Assembly (NCBI GenBank): GCA_965279375.1
Contig: OZ257156.1
Coordinates: 160,001 to 224,000 of the forward strand
DNA length: 64,000 nucleotides
Source: Gemmatimonas sp.
GTDB lineage: Bacteria > Gemmatimonadota > Gemmatimonadetes > Gemmatimonadales > Gemmatimonadaceae
Reading direction: 5' to 3'
The notes under the pieces were generated by a model, which did not search any database, was not told the origin of the DNA, and saw only the letters and a program-made list of their open reading frames with translations. Each line of letters starts with the position of its first letter. Position 1 is the stretch's first letter. Shown in pieces: positions 32,964 through 41,783 of this stretch. The position numbers and the translations under genes are program-made.

Positions 32964-33437
32964 ATGACCCCTGCCCCGATCGACGTCGGGCTCTCGAACG
33001 CCCAACCCGTCAGCGATGTGCGATCTGGCGCCGTGCTGCTCTACGACGGCGACTGCGGCTTCTGTGCGGGCAGCGTGCAGTTCGTGCTGGCGCACGAGCC
33101 CGAGGCGCGTCGTGATGCCCTGCGCTTCGCCCCGCTGCAGGGACGGTTCGGCGCCGAGGTGATGCGTCGCTTCCCGGAAATCGGTGGCGTGGACTCCGTC
33201 GTCTGGTTCGAATCCGGCGCCGATGCGCGTCCCAGGGTGCGCGTGAAGTCAGCCGCTGCACTGGCAGCGCTGGCGCACGTGGGTGGCCTCTGGCGTGTGC
33301 TGGCGGGGCTTGGGATGCTAGTGCCGTGCGTGGTGCGCGACCTCGTGTACGATGCGGTCGCCAAACGCCGCTTCGAGTTGGCCGCGCCCGCGTGCCTGAT
33401 TCCCACGCCGGAAACGCGCACGCGCTTTCTCGCGTAG
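32964..33437 (+). CDS. DCC1-like thiol-disulfide oxidoreductase (DUF393)
   Basis: YDGDCGFC, FAPLQ, RDLVYDAVAKRR. Confidence 0.88.
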   Translation: MTPAPIDVGLSNAQPVSDVRSGAVLLYDGDCGFCAGSVQFVLAHEPEARRDALRFAPLQGRFGAEVMRRFPEIGGVDSVVWFESGADARPRVRVKSAAALAALAHVGGLWRVLAGLGMLVPCVVRDLVYDAVAKRRFELAAPACLIPTPETRTRFLA

Positions 33438-33515
33438 CTTCGCGTCACGCCACTTCGGTTGGAGTACGTCCGCCTTCGCTCGAATTTCACGACCTTACTT
33501 GCCAACACACCGGGC

Positions 33516-34412
33516 ATGACTGCAGCCTCAAGCGAACCGTCGTTGTCTCCTGCGTTGCGCGATCGCGTTCTCGCGCGCATCGGAATCACCACGCCGATCG
33601 CGACCGACTACGACGGACTGGCGCGCGTGTTCAAGGCATGGTGCGACCACATTCCGTTCGACAACGTGCGCAAGCTGATCGCGCTCCGCACCAACGATGC
33701 GCGGCCGCTGCCGGGAACGACGGGCACGGACTTCTTCGAGGCGTTTCTCGAACACGGCAGTGGTGGCACCTGCTGGTCCACGAGTAACGCCATCTACGAA
33801 CTGCTGGCGAGCATGGGCTTCACTGTTCGTCGCGTGGCCGCATCGATGCGCGACCAGGGGTTCGTCACGCATGGCACGGTGAAGGCCACCATTGACGGTG
33901 CCGACTGGCTCGTGGACACCTCCATCCTGTCCAACATTCCGCTCCCCGTCACACATCAGCCGTTCATCAGCGACGACACGATTTTCACCGCGGAGATCGA
34001 ACCCACCGACGCGCTGCATCTCGTCTGGTACAGCATTCCGCCCAACGTCGGCTACACGCCGTGCCGCATGCTGGACGACAACATCAGCCACGCCTACCTC
34101 AGCGCGGCCTACGAGAAGTCACGCGGCTTTGGTGCATTCAATCAGCACATCTACGCGCGTCGCAACTTTCCAGGGCTGATGCTGCTCATGCGCGGACCGG
34201 TGCTCTATCGACGCACCAGCGCGGGCACGTCGCAGCAAGCGCTCGAGCGCGACGACGTCGTCTCGCTGCTGCGCAACGAATTCGGAATCAGCGACGCACT
34301 GGTCTCGCGCTGGATCGACGTCGGAGGGCTCGATGCGACGTTCGAGCCCTGGGCCGGACCGCCGCCGGTCGTTCCGCCAAGCACACCACCGTCGAGCCGC
34401 ATCGGGCGCTAA
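33516..34412 (+). CDS. Arylamine N-acetyltransferase family protein
   Basis: IPFDN and GGTC motifs, with candidate catalytic His (VTH) and Asp (LVD). Confidence 0.8.
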   Translation: MTAASSEPSLSPALRDRVLARIGITTPIATDYDGLARVFKAWCDHIPFDNVRKLIALRTNDARPLPGTTGTDFFEAFLEHGSGGTCWSTSNAIYELLASMGFTVRRVAASMRDQGFVTHGTVKATIDGADWLVDTSILSNIPLPVTHQPFISDDTIFTAEIEPTDALHLVWYSIPPNVGYTPCRMLDDNISHAYLSAAYEKSRGFGAFNQHIYARRNFPGLMLLMRGPVLYRRTSAGTSQQALERDDVVSLLRNEFGISDALVSRWIDVGGLDATFEPWAGPPPVVPPSTPPSSRIGR

Positions 34413-34436
34413 CCGTCCGTTGCGAACCGGTCGACG

Positions 34437-36119
34437 CTACCGGCCACCGGGCTTGGGCTCGACCTTGGTTTCGATGTAGTAGTCGCGGAGCGGAACAACG
34501 ATCGTCGTCGCGGAGCTTCCAGTCAGCGACTGCCACGTGGTCGTCGGCGTGATCGTACGCTCCTGTCCGTCCACCTGTACACGCATGGGCATCGCGAAAC
34601 CGGACACGACGTGGTTCCAGCGATACTCCAGCGTCGCACCGGACACTCGCGTCTCGAAGAGCGGGACCATCGTCGTCTCCAGATACTGTGCGAAGAACGC
34701 GGCGAGATCGAGGCCGGCGCGCTTGGCGAGGTAGTCACGCACTTGCTGCCCGCTCACAGTCTGATGACGAAACGTCTGCTGCAGGCCGCGCAGCATGCTG
34801 CGCCACTTCTCGTCGTCGTTGATGATCGTGCGCAGCGTGTGGAGCACGTTCGCGCCCTTCATGTACATGTCACCCGAGCCTTCTTCGTTCACGCCAAACG
34901 ACCCGACGATCGGCCTGTCGTTGGCGATGGTCATGCGCTGTCCGATCACGTAGGCGGCGCCCGCGGCTTTCCCCTGCTGACACTCCGTGTACAGGTTCTC
35001 AGCGTACGTGCCAAAGGCCTCGTGAATCCACATGTCGGCCGCGTCGCGATCGGTGAGGCTGTTGGCCCACCATTCGTGCGCGCTTTCGTGGATGATGATG
35101 TAGTCCCAGCGCAGCCCATTGCCGGTGCCAGAGAGATCCTGCCCGAGGTAGCCGTTCATGAACCGATTGCCGTACGCCACGGCGCTCTGATGCTCCATGC
35201 CGAGGTACGGTGTCTCCACCAGCTTGAAGCCATCGTCGTACCACGGGAACGGACCAAACCAGTGCTCGAAGCAGCCGAGCATCGGTCGCACCTGCGCCCA
35301 CTGCGCGCGCGCAGCGGTTTCGTGGTAGGCGAGCGGATAGAAGTCGAGCGTGAGCGGCCCCGTCTCGCCCTGATAGACCTCGGACCAATGGGCGTAGCGA
35401 CCGGCATTGACCGCGATGCCGTAGTTGTTGATCGGCGAGGTGACGAACCACTCCCACGTGGTCCAGCCATCGGCGCCACGAGTCACGCTGCGCAGCCGTC
35501 CATTGGACACATTCATCGACGAGTCGGGGAGCGAGATCGCGACGCGCTGGCTGTCCGGTTCATCGGCCGGGAAGTCTTTGGTGGGCCACCACGCGCTGGC
35601 GCCCATGCCTTCGATCGCGGTGGCGACCCATCGATTGCCGAGGCTGTCGCGCTGCCAGACAAAGCCACCGTCCCAGGGCGGCGTCTTGGCGACCGGTGGA
35701 CGACCGTGGTAGTAGACGCTGATTGTGCGTGACGCGCCGACGGGTTGCTGCGGCGGCGTACGCGCGAAAATCGCGTTCCCCTCGCGCCGCCACGGGACGG
35801 AGGACGCACCAAATCGGATGCTGTCCACGACCAGCGGCTCCTGCAGATCGATCTGCAGCTCGCCGGCGACCGCGCGGTTAGGCGCGAGCACGCGATACGT
35901 GAGCGCGTTGTACCCGGAGATCGTGCTGTCGCGGGGATCCACCCGCACATGCAGGTCGTAGAACTCGGCGTCCCACCACGCGCGCTGCGGCGTATTGCTG
36001 CCCCGCAACGTGTCCGCCCGCGTGAATCGCTTTTCTGGTGCCTGCGCGCCGCTGATGCGCGCCGAGGATACGGAAACGCCGGCCAGCAGCAAGGCCAGGG
36101 CGAGTGAGATTCGGCGCAT
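34437..36119 (-). CDS. Secreted M1 family aminopeptidase
   Basis: Signal peptide, GMEH, HESAH...E zinc motif, YMKG. Confidence 0.92.
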   Translation of the reverse strand: MRRISLALALLLAGVSVSSARISGAQAPEKRFTRADTLRGSNTPQRAWWDAEFYDLHVRVDPRDSTISGYNALTYRVLAPNRAVAGELQIDLQEPLVVDSIRFGASSVPWRREGNAIFARTPPQQPVGASRTISVYYHGRPPVAKTPPWDGGFVWQRDSLGNRWVATAIEGMGASAWWPTKDFPADEPDSQRVAISLPDSSMNVSNGRLRSVTRGADGWTTWEWFVTSPINNYGIAVNAGRYAHWSEVYQGETGPLTLDFYPLAYHETAARAQWAQVRPMLGCFEHWFGPFPWYDDGFKLVETPYLGMEHQSAVAYGNRFMNGYLGQDLSGTGNGLRWDYIIIHESAHEWWANSLTDRDAADMWIHEAFGTYAENLYTECQQGKAAGAAYVIGQRMTIANDRPIVGSFGVNEEGSGDMYMKGANVLHTLRTIINDDEKWRSMLRGLQQTFRHQTVSGQQVRDYLAKRAGLDLAAFFAQYLETTMVPLFETRVSGATLEYRWNHVVSGFAMPMRVQVDGQERTITPTTTWQSLTGSSATTIVVPLRDYYIETKVEPKPGGR

Positions 36120-36176
36120 GTCGCGATGAGAAGGGAATCAGCCTCCGAGCTATCCGCTCGAAACTAGGACGCCGCT

Positions 36177-36227
36177 GCGTCAGCGCAACGTCAGCGCTTC
36201 GTCAATCGCAGCGTCAGCGCAACGTCA
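36177..36227. repeat. 17-bp direct repeat within an ~11-bp periodic CGTCA array
   Basis: gcgtcagcgcaacgtca at 36177 and 36211. CGTCA at 36178, 36189, 36200, 36212 and 36223. Confidence 0.8.
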
Positions 36228-36666
36228 ACTGATCCGGGCCCGCGATGCGCCGCACGTGGCATCGACACACGGTGGCAGCGGTTGCTGGCGGCTTCTTGCC
36301 CGAAGTTGTCGCTGGCGACGGCTCCGCGGTCCCCACCGTTACTGTCACGCGTTGCGTGCGCGATCGCCAGCGCACGATGACCTCGAACGGCTCGCCCGCC
36401 GCACGCACGGAGTCTTTGAGCATGTCGTCGGCGATGGTGTAGATGCCCGGCAGGTCGGCGCTTGCTTCGCGTTCGACATTGGTCGAGACGCGTCGGACGC
36501 GCACCGTGGCATCGGGGATGGGCGCGCCCTTCGCATCGCGCAGCGTGAGCGTGACGAGCGCGAAGTTGGCGCTGCACATGCACGGTTCAGGCACCTGTCC
36601 CCCCATGCCCGAAAACAGACTGAGCGCGACCCTCGTGAGGAGTGCCGCGCTCAGCTGACATAGCAT
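36214..36666 (-). CDS. Hypothetical exported protein with a carboxypeptidase-regulatory-like beta sandwich
   Basis: LRDAKGAPIPDATV...PGIYTI pattern, Cys pairs near both ends. Confidence 0.55.
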   Translation of the reverse strand: MLCQLSAALLTRVALSLFSGMGGQVPEPCMCSANFALVTLTLRDAKGAPIPDATVRVRRVSTNVEREASADLPGIYTIADDMLKDSVRAAGEPFEVIVRWRSRTQRVTVTVGTAEPSPATTSGKKPPATAATVCRCHVRRIAGPDQLTLR

Positions 36667-36683
36667 GGCCGTCGGTGCTGGGG

Positions 36684-37817
36684 TCAGCGCGTGGTCCGAC
36701 GCCGAGCGCCTGCCGCCACCACCAGCAAGCCCACAGCGACGAGTGCCAACGAACTCGGCTCCGGCACCGCACTGAACTGACCGATCCACTGGGCGTTGTA
36801 GCTCGTGGACGCCCAACCACTGAATTCGCCGAAGGTCGAGTTCAGGTTGTTGTCGAGATCGCCGAACTGCGTGCCGAACGTGATGCCGTACGACGCGACA
36901 CCCGCGATCCGCCCGTTGATGAAGAGCGGACCGCCCGAGTCGCCACCGCCCAACCCAACCTCGCGCAATCCGCGACCGAGGTCGCAGAACTGCGTGGTGC
37001 CGAAGTACGCGCCGAGTTCGCAGGAGGCATCGTTGGCGCTCTTGCCGTTGTCGAAGTCTGCCACCAGACCATAAGGATCCGCGGTGCCGAACGACGCAGG
37101 GCCACCCGGCACAAAGAGGTCGAAGAACGCCGGGTCGGTCCAGCTGAAATCGACCAGATTCTGCCCCTGACGGCGGTTGGATAGGGCGAAGCCCGGAGCA
37201 AGTGTTTCCCCGGTGTCACCAGTCCCCGACGTGCCGGAGCCGACGACGTTAGCCGTCTGCCCGAAGGGATTCCCCATGAACAGGTCGTACGACTTGGACG
37301 CCATCGACGGCTTGTTTTCGAGCTTGATCACGGCGACGTCGTGCGCGTCGATGACTTCGCCGGTGTACAGCGGATTCACAAAGAACTGCGAACCCGTCAC
37401 GAATTCACGGGTACCGGCACCTGGTCCGGATGGGAAGAAGACCGAGGTGGTGGCGGTCGTGATGATCGAGCCGGTGCCGTCGGTGAGACAGTGGGCGGCC
37501 GTGAGCATGTACGCGCCGCCGGCAATGAGGGCGCCGGAACAGATGAAGGTGCCATCGGTGCGCTCGATGAAGATCGCGCCGACGCCGTCATAGTATGCGC
37601 CGGGGGGAGTCGTATAGAGCTGGGCGGCCGCGTCATCGCCAGCCACCACCAACAGCTTGCGAGCCTGAGCGGAAAGCGGGCCGTATCGAGCGGGCTGAGA
37701 GCCCACGATTGGACTCGGCAGCGACGGCGGCGTCCACTGCTGCGCGTTCGCTACTCCCGCGGTCAGGAGGGAGGCGGCGAGGATAGCTTTCTTCAGGTGG
37801 TCCATAGCGAATCTCAT
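36684..37817 (-). CDS. Trypsin-like (S1) serine protease with PEP-CTERM anchor
   Basis: CSG, TAAHC, DVAV and GDSGGP triad motifs. C-terminal VPEPSS + TM + RRR. Confidence 0.92.
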   Translation of the reverse strand: MRFAMDHLKKAILAASLLTAGVANAQQWTPPSLPSPIVGSQPARYGPLSAQARKLLVVAGDDAAAQLYTTPPGAYYDGVGAIFIERTDGTFICSGALIAGGAYMLTAAHCLTDGTGSIITTATTSVFFPSGPGAGTREFVTGSQFFVNPLYTGEVIDAHDVAVIKLENKPSMASKSYDLFMGNPFGQTANVVGSGTSGTGDTGETLAPGFALSNRRQGQNLVDFSWTDPAFFDLFVPGGPASFGTADPYGLVADFDNGKSANDASCELGAYFGTTQFCDLGRGLREVGLGGGDSGGPLFINGRIAGVASYGITFGTQFGDLDNNLNSTFGEFSGWASTSYNAQWIGQFSAVPEPSSLALVAVGLLVVAAGARRRTTR

Positions 37818-38029
37818 TCCCGCGCAAGAGTATGAACGATCGCGTGTCAGCCATTGCGAACGGCACGTTGCGCCCTGCCGTGGCTCTAAGGCGCTACGCT
37901 AGTTCGCGTGCTCCAGTCCGTCAACATCTGTATTCGCAGGGGCCGCGACCTCGATCCGATCGTTTCGTGCGAGCCGTCACAGTCTGTCGCGATCGACGGC
38001 GCGCCGTTGTTGAACCACTGAGGAATTTC

Positions 38030-39658
38030 ATGCGCGTGCGCTCTTCCCTGCTCGCTCGCCTTCGTCAGGCGACCACCATCTCGCTGTCGGCGGTCTCGCT
38101 GTCGGCCGCCTCGCTCCTCATCGGCACGCTGAGTCTTTCACGCGAGCTCGACGCGCAGGTGCGGCGACCGATTCTGACGCCGCCCAAGCCGGTCGTGCCG
38201 CCAGCGTCCCCGACACCGACCAAGCCAACGCCGGCCGCGCCAGCAACAACTCCCGCAGCAGCCGCGCAGCCGAGTGCACGCGTCATCGGCGTGGTATTCG
38301 ACAGCACGGCGATGCGGCCGCTTGCTGGTGCGCTGGTGCAGCTGGTCGCGTCGGACGATCCGTCGCGCGTCCGCTCCTCGACATCGGACGCGCGCGGTGC
38401 ATACGCGCTCGATTCCGTGCGGGCGGGCTCCTACCTGCTCGGCTTCTTCCACGCGAAGCTGGACTCACTGGGTATCGAAGCGCCGCTGCTGCGCGTGGAC
38501 GTGCGCACCGATGGCGAGATCCGCGCCCCGGTCGCGATTCCCTCCGGACGAACGCTCGTCGCGCGGCTGTGCGGTCCGTCGGCTGCCGCTGAAGGTCAGG
38601 GGATGTTCATGGGCTTCGTGCGCTCGTCGCGCGCCGAAGGGTTGAGCGCACCCGCGCGCATTCGTGCGCAATGGAAGTCAGTGACGCTCGGGCCTCGCGG
38701 TGTCGAGCGACGCTCGCCGGCCCTGTACGCGACGACGTCGGCGTCAGGCGCATTCTCGATCTGCGGCATCCCGACGGACGGCACCTTCATGGCGCGTGCG
38801 TTCGTTGGCGCCGATTCGAGCGGGTTCGTGGAGCTCGAGGCGCCACGCAACGGATTCCTGTTCCGCGATGTGTACGTCGGCTCGGCGACCAAAGTGCCCG
38901 CGCCGGTAGTGGACGACCCCGAGGCCAAGCCGGGTACGCTCTCGTCGTCGGGCGCGACAGTCCTGCGTGGCAACGGCAAACTGCGTGGCATTGTACGCAA
39001 TGCCAACGGACAGCCCGTGCAAGGCGCGCGACTCGTGGTGTGGGGCAGCGGCGTGGAAGCCACGACCGGTGCGAGCGGACAGTTCGCCATGCAGACACTG
39101 CCGGCTGGCACCTACACGCTCGAGTCGCGCGCGCTGGGCTACATGCCGCGTCGCACCGCGGTCGATGTACTCGATGGCACCGAGGGATCGGCGGAGATTG
39201 CTCTCGATGCATTCGTCCCGACGGTGGACACGGTGCGCATCAAGGCGAATCGCGGACAGGGACTCGACCAGTTGGCCGACTTCGAGAAGCGTCGCAAGAG
39301 CGCCTTCGGGCACTTCATCGACGAGGATGCACTTTCGCGTCGCAACCCTACGTACATGTCGGATGTGTTTCGCACGACACCCGGGATGACGATCATGCCG
39401 GGACAGTCGTTCGGCGATCAGGTGTTGATGCGCGGGAGCGGCGGCAGCGGCACGTGCATTCCGGCGATCTTCCTGAACAACATGCGCGTGATGAACGACG
39501 ACGGAAATCTCGACAACCTGGTGAACCCGCAGGAGGTGCGCGCGGTCGAGATCTATTCTCGCACGGCTAGTGTGCCCATTCAGTTCCAGGCGACGAACGG
39601 CTGCGGGTCGATCGTGATTTGGACGGGTGGACGTCGCCCGCCGGCAGACCGTCGGTAG
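38030..39658 (+). CDS. Exported protein with carboxypeptidase-regulatory-like domains and a C-terminal TonB plug-like domain, no barrel
   Basis: GAGG RBS, repeated GVV.D...PL.GA.V units, C-terminal VRAVEIY...NGCGSIVIWT. Confidence 0.75.
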   Translation: MRVRSSLLARLRQATTISLSAVSLSAASLLIGTLSLSRELDAQVRRPILTPPKPVVPPASPTPTKPTPAAPATTPAAAAQPSARVIGVVFDSTAMRPLAGALVQLVASDDPSRVRSSTSDARGAYALDSVRAGSYLLGFFHAKLDSLGIEAPLLRVDVRTDGEIRAPVAIPSGRTLVARLCGPSAAAEGQGMFMGFVRSSRAEGLSAPARIRAQWKSVTLGPRGVERRSPALYATTSASGAFSICGIPTDGTFMARAFVGADSSGFVELEAPRNGFLFRDVYVGSATKVPAPVVDDPEAKPGTLSSSGATVLRGNGKLRGIVRNANGQPVQGARLVVWGSGVEATTGASGQFAMQTLPAGTYTLESRALGYMPRRTAVDVLDGTEGSAEIALDAFVPTVDTVRIKANRGQGLDQLADFEKRRKSAFGHFIDEDALSRRNPTYMSDVFRTTPGMTIMPGQSFGDQVLMRGSGGSGTCIPAIFLNNMRVMNDDGNLDNLVNPQEVRAVEIYSRTASVPIQFQATNGCGSIVIWTGGRRPPADRR

Positions 39659-39939
39659 GGCGGGACGTCGCCGAGTGCGGTCCGCGTGATGCCCAGCGTC
39701 TCACCGATGCTGGGTCCGCGCGTCGATGCCGGCAGGGCTCGTCCGGCGTAGATTGCGCCGACCCGGCCCGCGGCGAGGCAGCAGCGCTGATGGTCGGATC
39801 GTGATTGCCGTGACCTAACGATTCCGCAGGTCGTCGGAACCGGCGTCAGGGTCGGGCTGCGAATCCTCGCTCGTGGGATCATGCTGTGCAGTCGGCCCGC
39901 GTTCGCGAACTCGCTCCGCACACACACCTACCTTTTTCA

Positions 39940-41550
39940 ATGCCCGAATCCGTTGATTCCTCGTCGCCCATGCGCGCTCCCCAGCGCATGTGGCCAATCG
40001 TGCTCTGGCACTTGTCCATCGTTGTCGCGATTGCTCTGGGACCGAGCGGAGTCGGTGTGCTGCGGGGACAAGGACCCGTGGCCAAAGAGGTGCAGCTTCA
40101 GCTGATCATCTGGAGCGCGTCGTTCCTCTTTGCTGCCTTGCTGCTCGCGTCACGCGTCGTGAGCGGGCGCCGCGTCACGGTGCCGCTGCCGTTGGGTGCG
40201 GTCGCGCTCAGCTGGGCTGCTGGCGGCGGCTATCTGTACATGGCGGCAGATGGCACGTTTGCGCGCAAAATGGCGATTGTGGCGGCAGTGCTGTCGATCT
40301 TCGCGGTCGCCGCGCCCTACTTTGTGCGCCGGCTGTTCACCCCGGTGGCGGTGCTATCGGGCGTTGCCGCGCTGGGTCTTGTCGCGATCATCGTCCGGGA
40401 TCAGCGTCGCCCACCGAGAGAGTCGATCGAGTACGCCGCGACGGTGCAGACCGCGAGCTATAACCTCGCGCTGACCACGGTGGCTGACCTGCGTGGACGC
40501 ATCGAGCCTCGCGGTGGAGGAGTGGTGGCGCTTTCTCGCGGCTATCTGGTCATCGGCGGAGAGGGGAAGATGGCTCGGCTCAACCAGCTCCCATCCGACA
40601 GCTTCGCCGTGACGATGCTCGCCGCGCGGGTGCCGATGAAAAGCGCCGGTTACGACTCCGCTGCCCGGAAGGTGAAGGATATGGAGCCGCACTTTCGTGT
40701 CACGAGCGCATTGCTCGATACGATGGCTTCTCCGGCCGTCCTGTACGTGGCGCATCATGCGTGGAACGAGCGGGATCGCTGTCAGACGTTGCGTGTGTCG
40801 AAGGCGGCGTTCCGCAGCGATGCGTCGCCTCGCGACACGCTCGAGTGGACGACCATTTTTGATTCGCGGCCGTGCATGGTGCTCACGGACAAGATGGACG
40901 GCAACGAATCGGGCGGGCGACTGGCGTGGGCGCCTGATGGTGGCCTGCTCCTGTCGATTGGAGACTACGGGTTCAACGGCATGGACATTCCCGTCTTCGC
41001 CCAGGACAGCTCCGTCGACTACGGCAAGGTGATGCACATCAGCAGGTCGGGGACATCGCAGGTCGTCAGCATCGGGCATCGCAACATGCAGGGGCTCCTC
41101 AGCGATGATGAGGGCAAGATCTGGAGCGTCGAACACGGTCCGCAGGGTGGCGACGAACTCAATCAGATTCAGAAGGGCGGCAACTATGGCTGGCCCTATC
41201 AGACCGATGGCACCGACTACGGCAAGAGATCGTGGCCCATGATCGAACGCGGCCCGGTCGACGCCCAGTATGTGCCGCCACAGCTGTCGTTCGTGCCATC
41301 GATTGCGCCCAGCAGCCTGATCGAGATGAAGGGGAATCACTTCCCTCGTTGGAAGGGTGATTTTCTCATCGGCACATTGCGGCTTCGATCGCTGTATCGG
41401 GTTCGCCGTCGCAACGACCGCGTGCGGTACGTGGAACCGATCGTGATCGGGACGCGAATTCGCGATCTGACCGAGGGCACGGACGGTACGTTGATGCTGT
41501 GGACGGACACGGGGCTGCTGATTCGTGTCGATTCGACCGGGGCGAAGTAG
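39940..41550 (+). CDS. PQQ-dependent glucose/sorbosone dehydrogenase family protein with N-terminal multi-TM region
   Basis: GGRL, GHRNMQGL, EHGPQGGDELN, GGNYGWP, RIRD. Confidence 0.85.
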   Translation: MPESVDSSSPMRAPQRMWPIVLWHLSIVVAIALGPSGVGVLRGQGPVAKEVQLQLIIWSASFLFAALLLASRVVSGRRVTVPLPLGAVALSWAAGGGYLYMAADGTFARKMAIVAAVLSIFAVAAPYFVRRLFTPVAVLSGVAALGLVAIIVRDQRRPPRESIEYAATVQTASYNLALTTVADLRGRIEPRGGGVVALSRGYLVIGGEGKMARLNQLPSDSFAVTMLAARVPMKSAGYDSAARKVKDMEPHFRVTSALLDTMASPAVLYVAHHAWNERDRCQTLRVSKAAFRSDASPRDTLEWTTIFDSRPCMVLTDKMDGNESGGRLAWAPDGGLLLSIGDYGFNGMDIPVFAQDSSVDYGKVMHISRSGTSQVVSIGHRNMQGLLSDDEGKIWSVEHGPQGGDELNQIQKGGNYGWPYQTDGTDYGKRSWPMIERGPVDAQYVPPQLSFVPSIAPSSLIEMKGNHFPRWKGDFLIGTLRLRSLYRVRRRNDRVRYVEPIVIGTRIRDLTEGTDGTLMLWTDTGLLIRVDSTGAK

Positions 41551-41575
41551 CCGCAGCTGGGCACGCGTCGCTTTC

Positions 41576-41635
41576 ACTGCGACTGCGACTGCGACGGCAA
41601 CGGCAACGGCAACTGCAACTGCAACTGCAACAGCC
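41576..41635. repeat. Compound hexanucleotide microsatellite
   Basis: (ACTGCG)3(ACGGCA)3(ACTGCA)3ACAGCC. Confidence 0.9.
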
Positions 41636-41680
41636 GTGAAGCCGATAAGCGACGATTGAACTGGATTGCGCGGATACAGC

Positions 41681-41731
41681 GAGAACGGGGATACAGAAAG
41701 AGCAGTTGGCTCTGACTGTATCCCCGTTCTC
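41681..41731. terminator. Long inverted repeat between convergent genes (terminator or REP-like)
   Basis: 16-bp arms gagaacggggatacag / ctgtatccccgttctc, with an inner agagc/gctct pair. Confidence 0.65.
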
Positions 41732-41783
41732 CGTTTCACACTGCGTCAGGAACGAACGGCGCGTACCATGCTCGCAATGCCAA

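Noticed and set aside
39659..39939. Possible structured RNA in a 280-bp intergenic region
   Set aside because: Only short GC hairpins and no riboswitch or ncRNA consensus that I can recognise. An Infernal search would be needed to exclude it.
41576..41635. CRISPR array or AVAVAV coding repeat
   Set aside because: Hexamer units have no spacers and no cas genes are nearby. The ORF containing it is antisense to the dehydrogenase.
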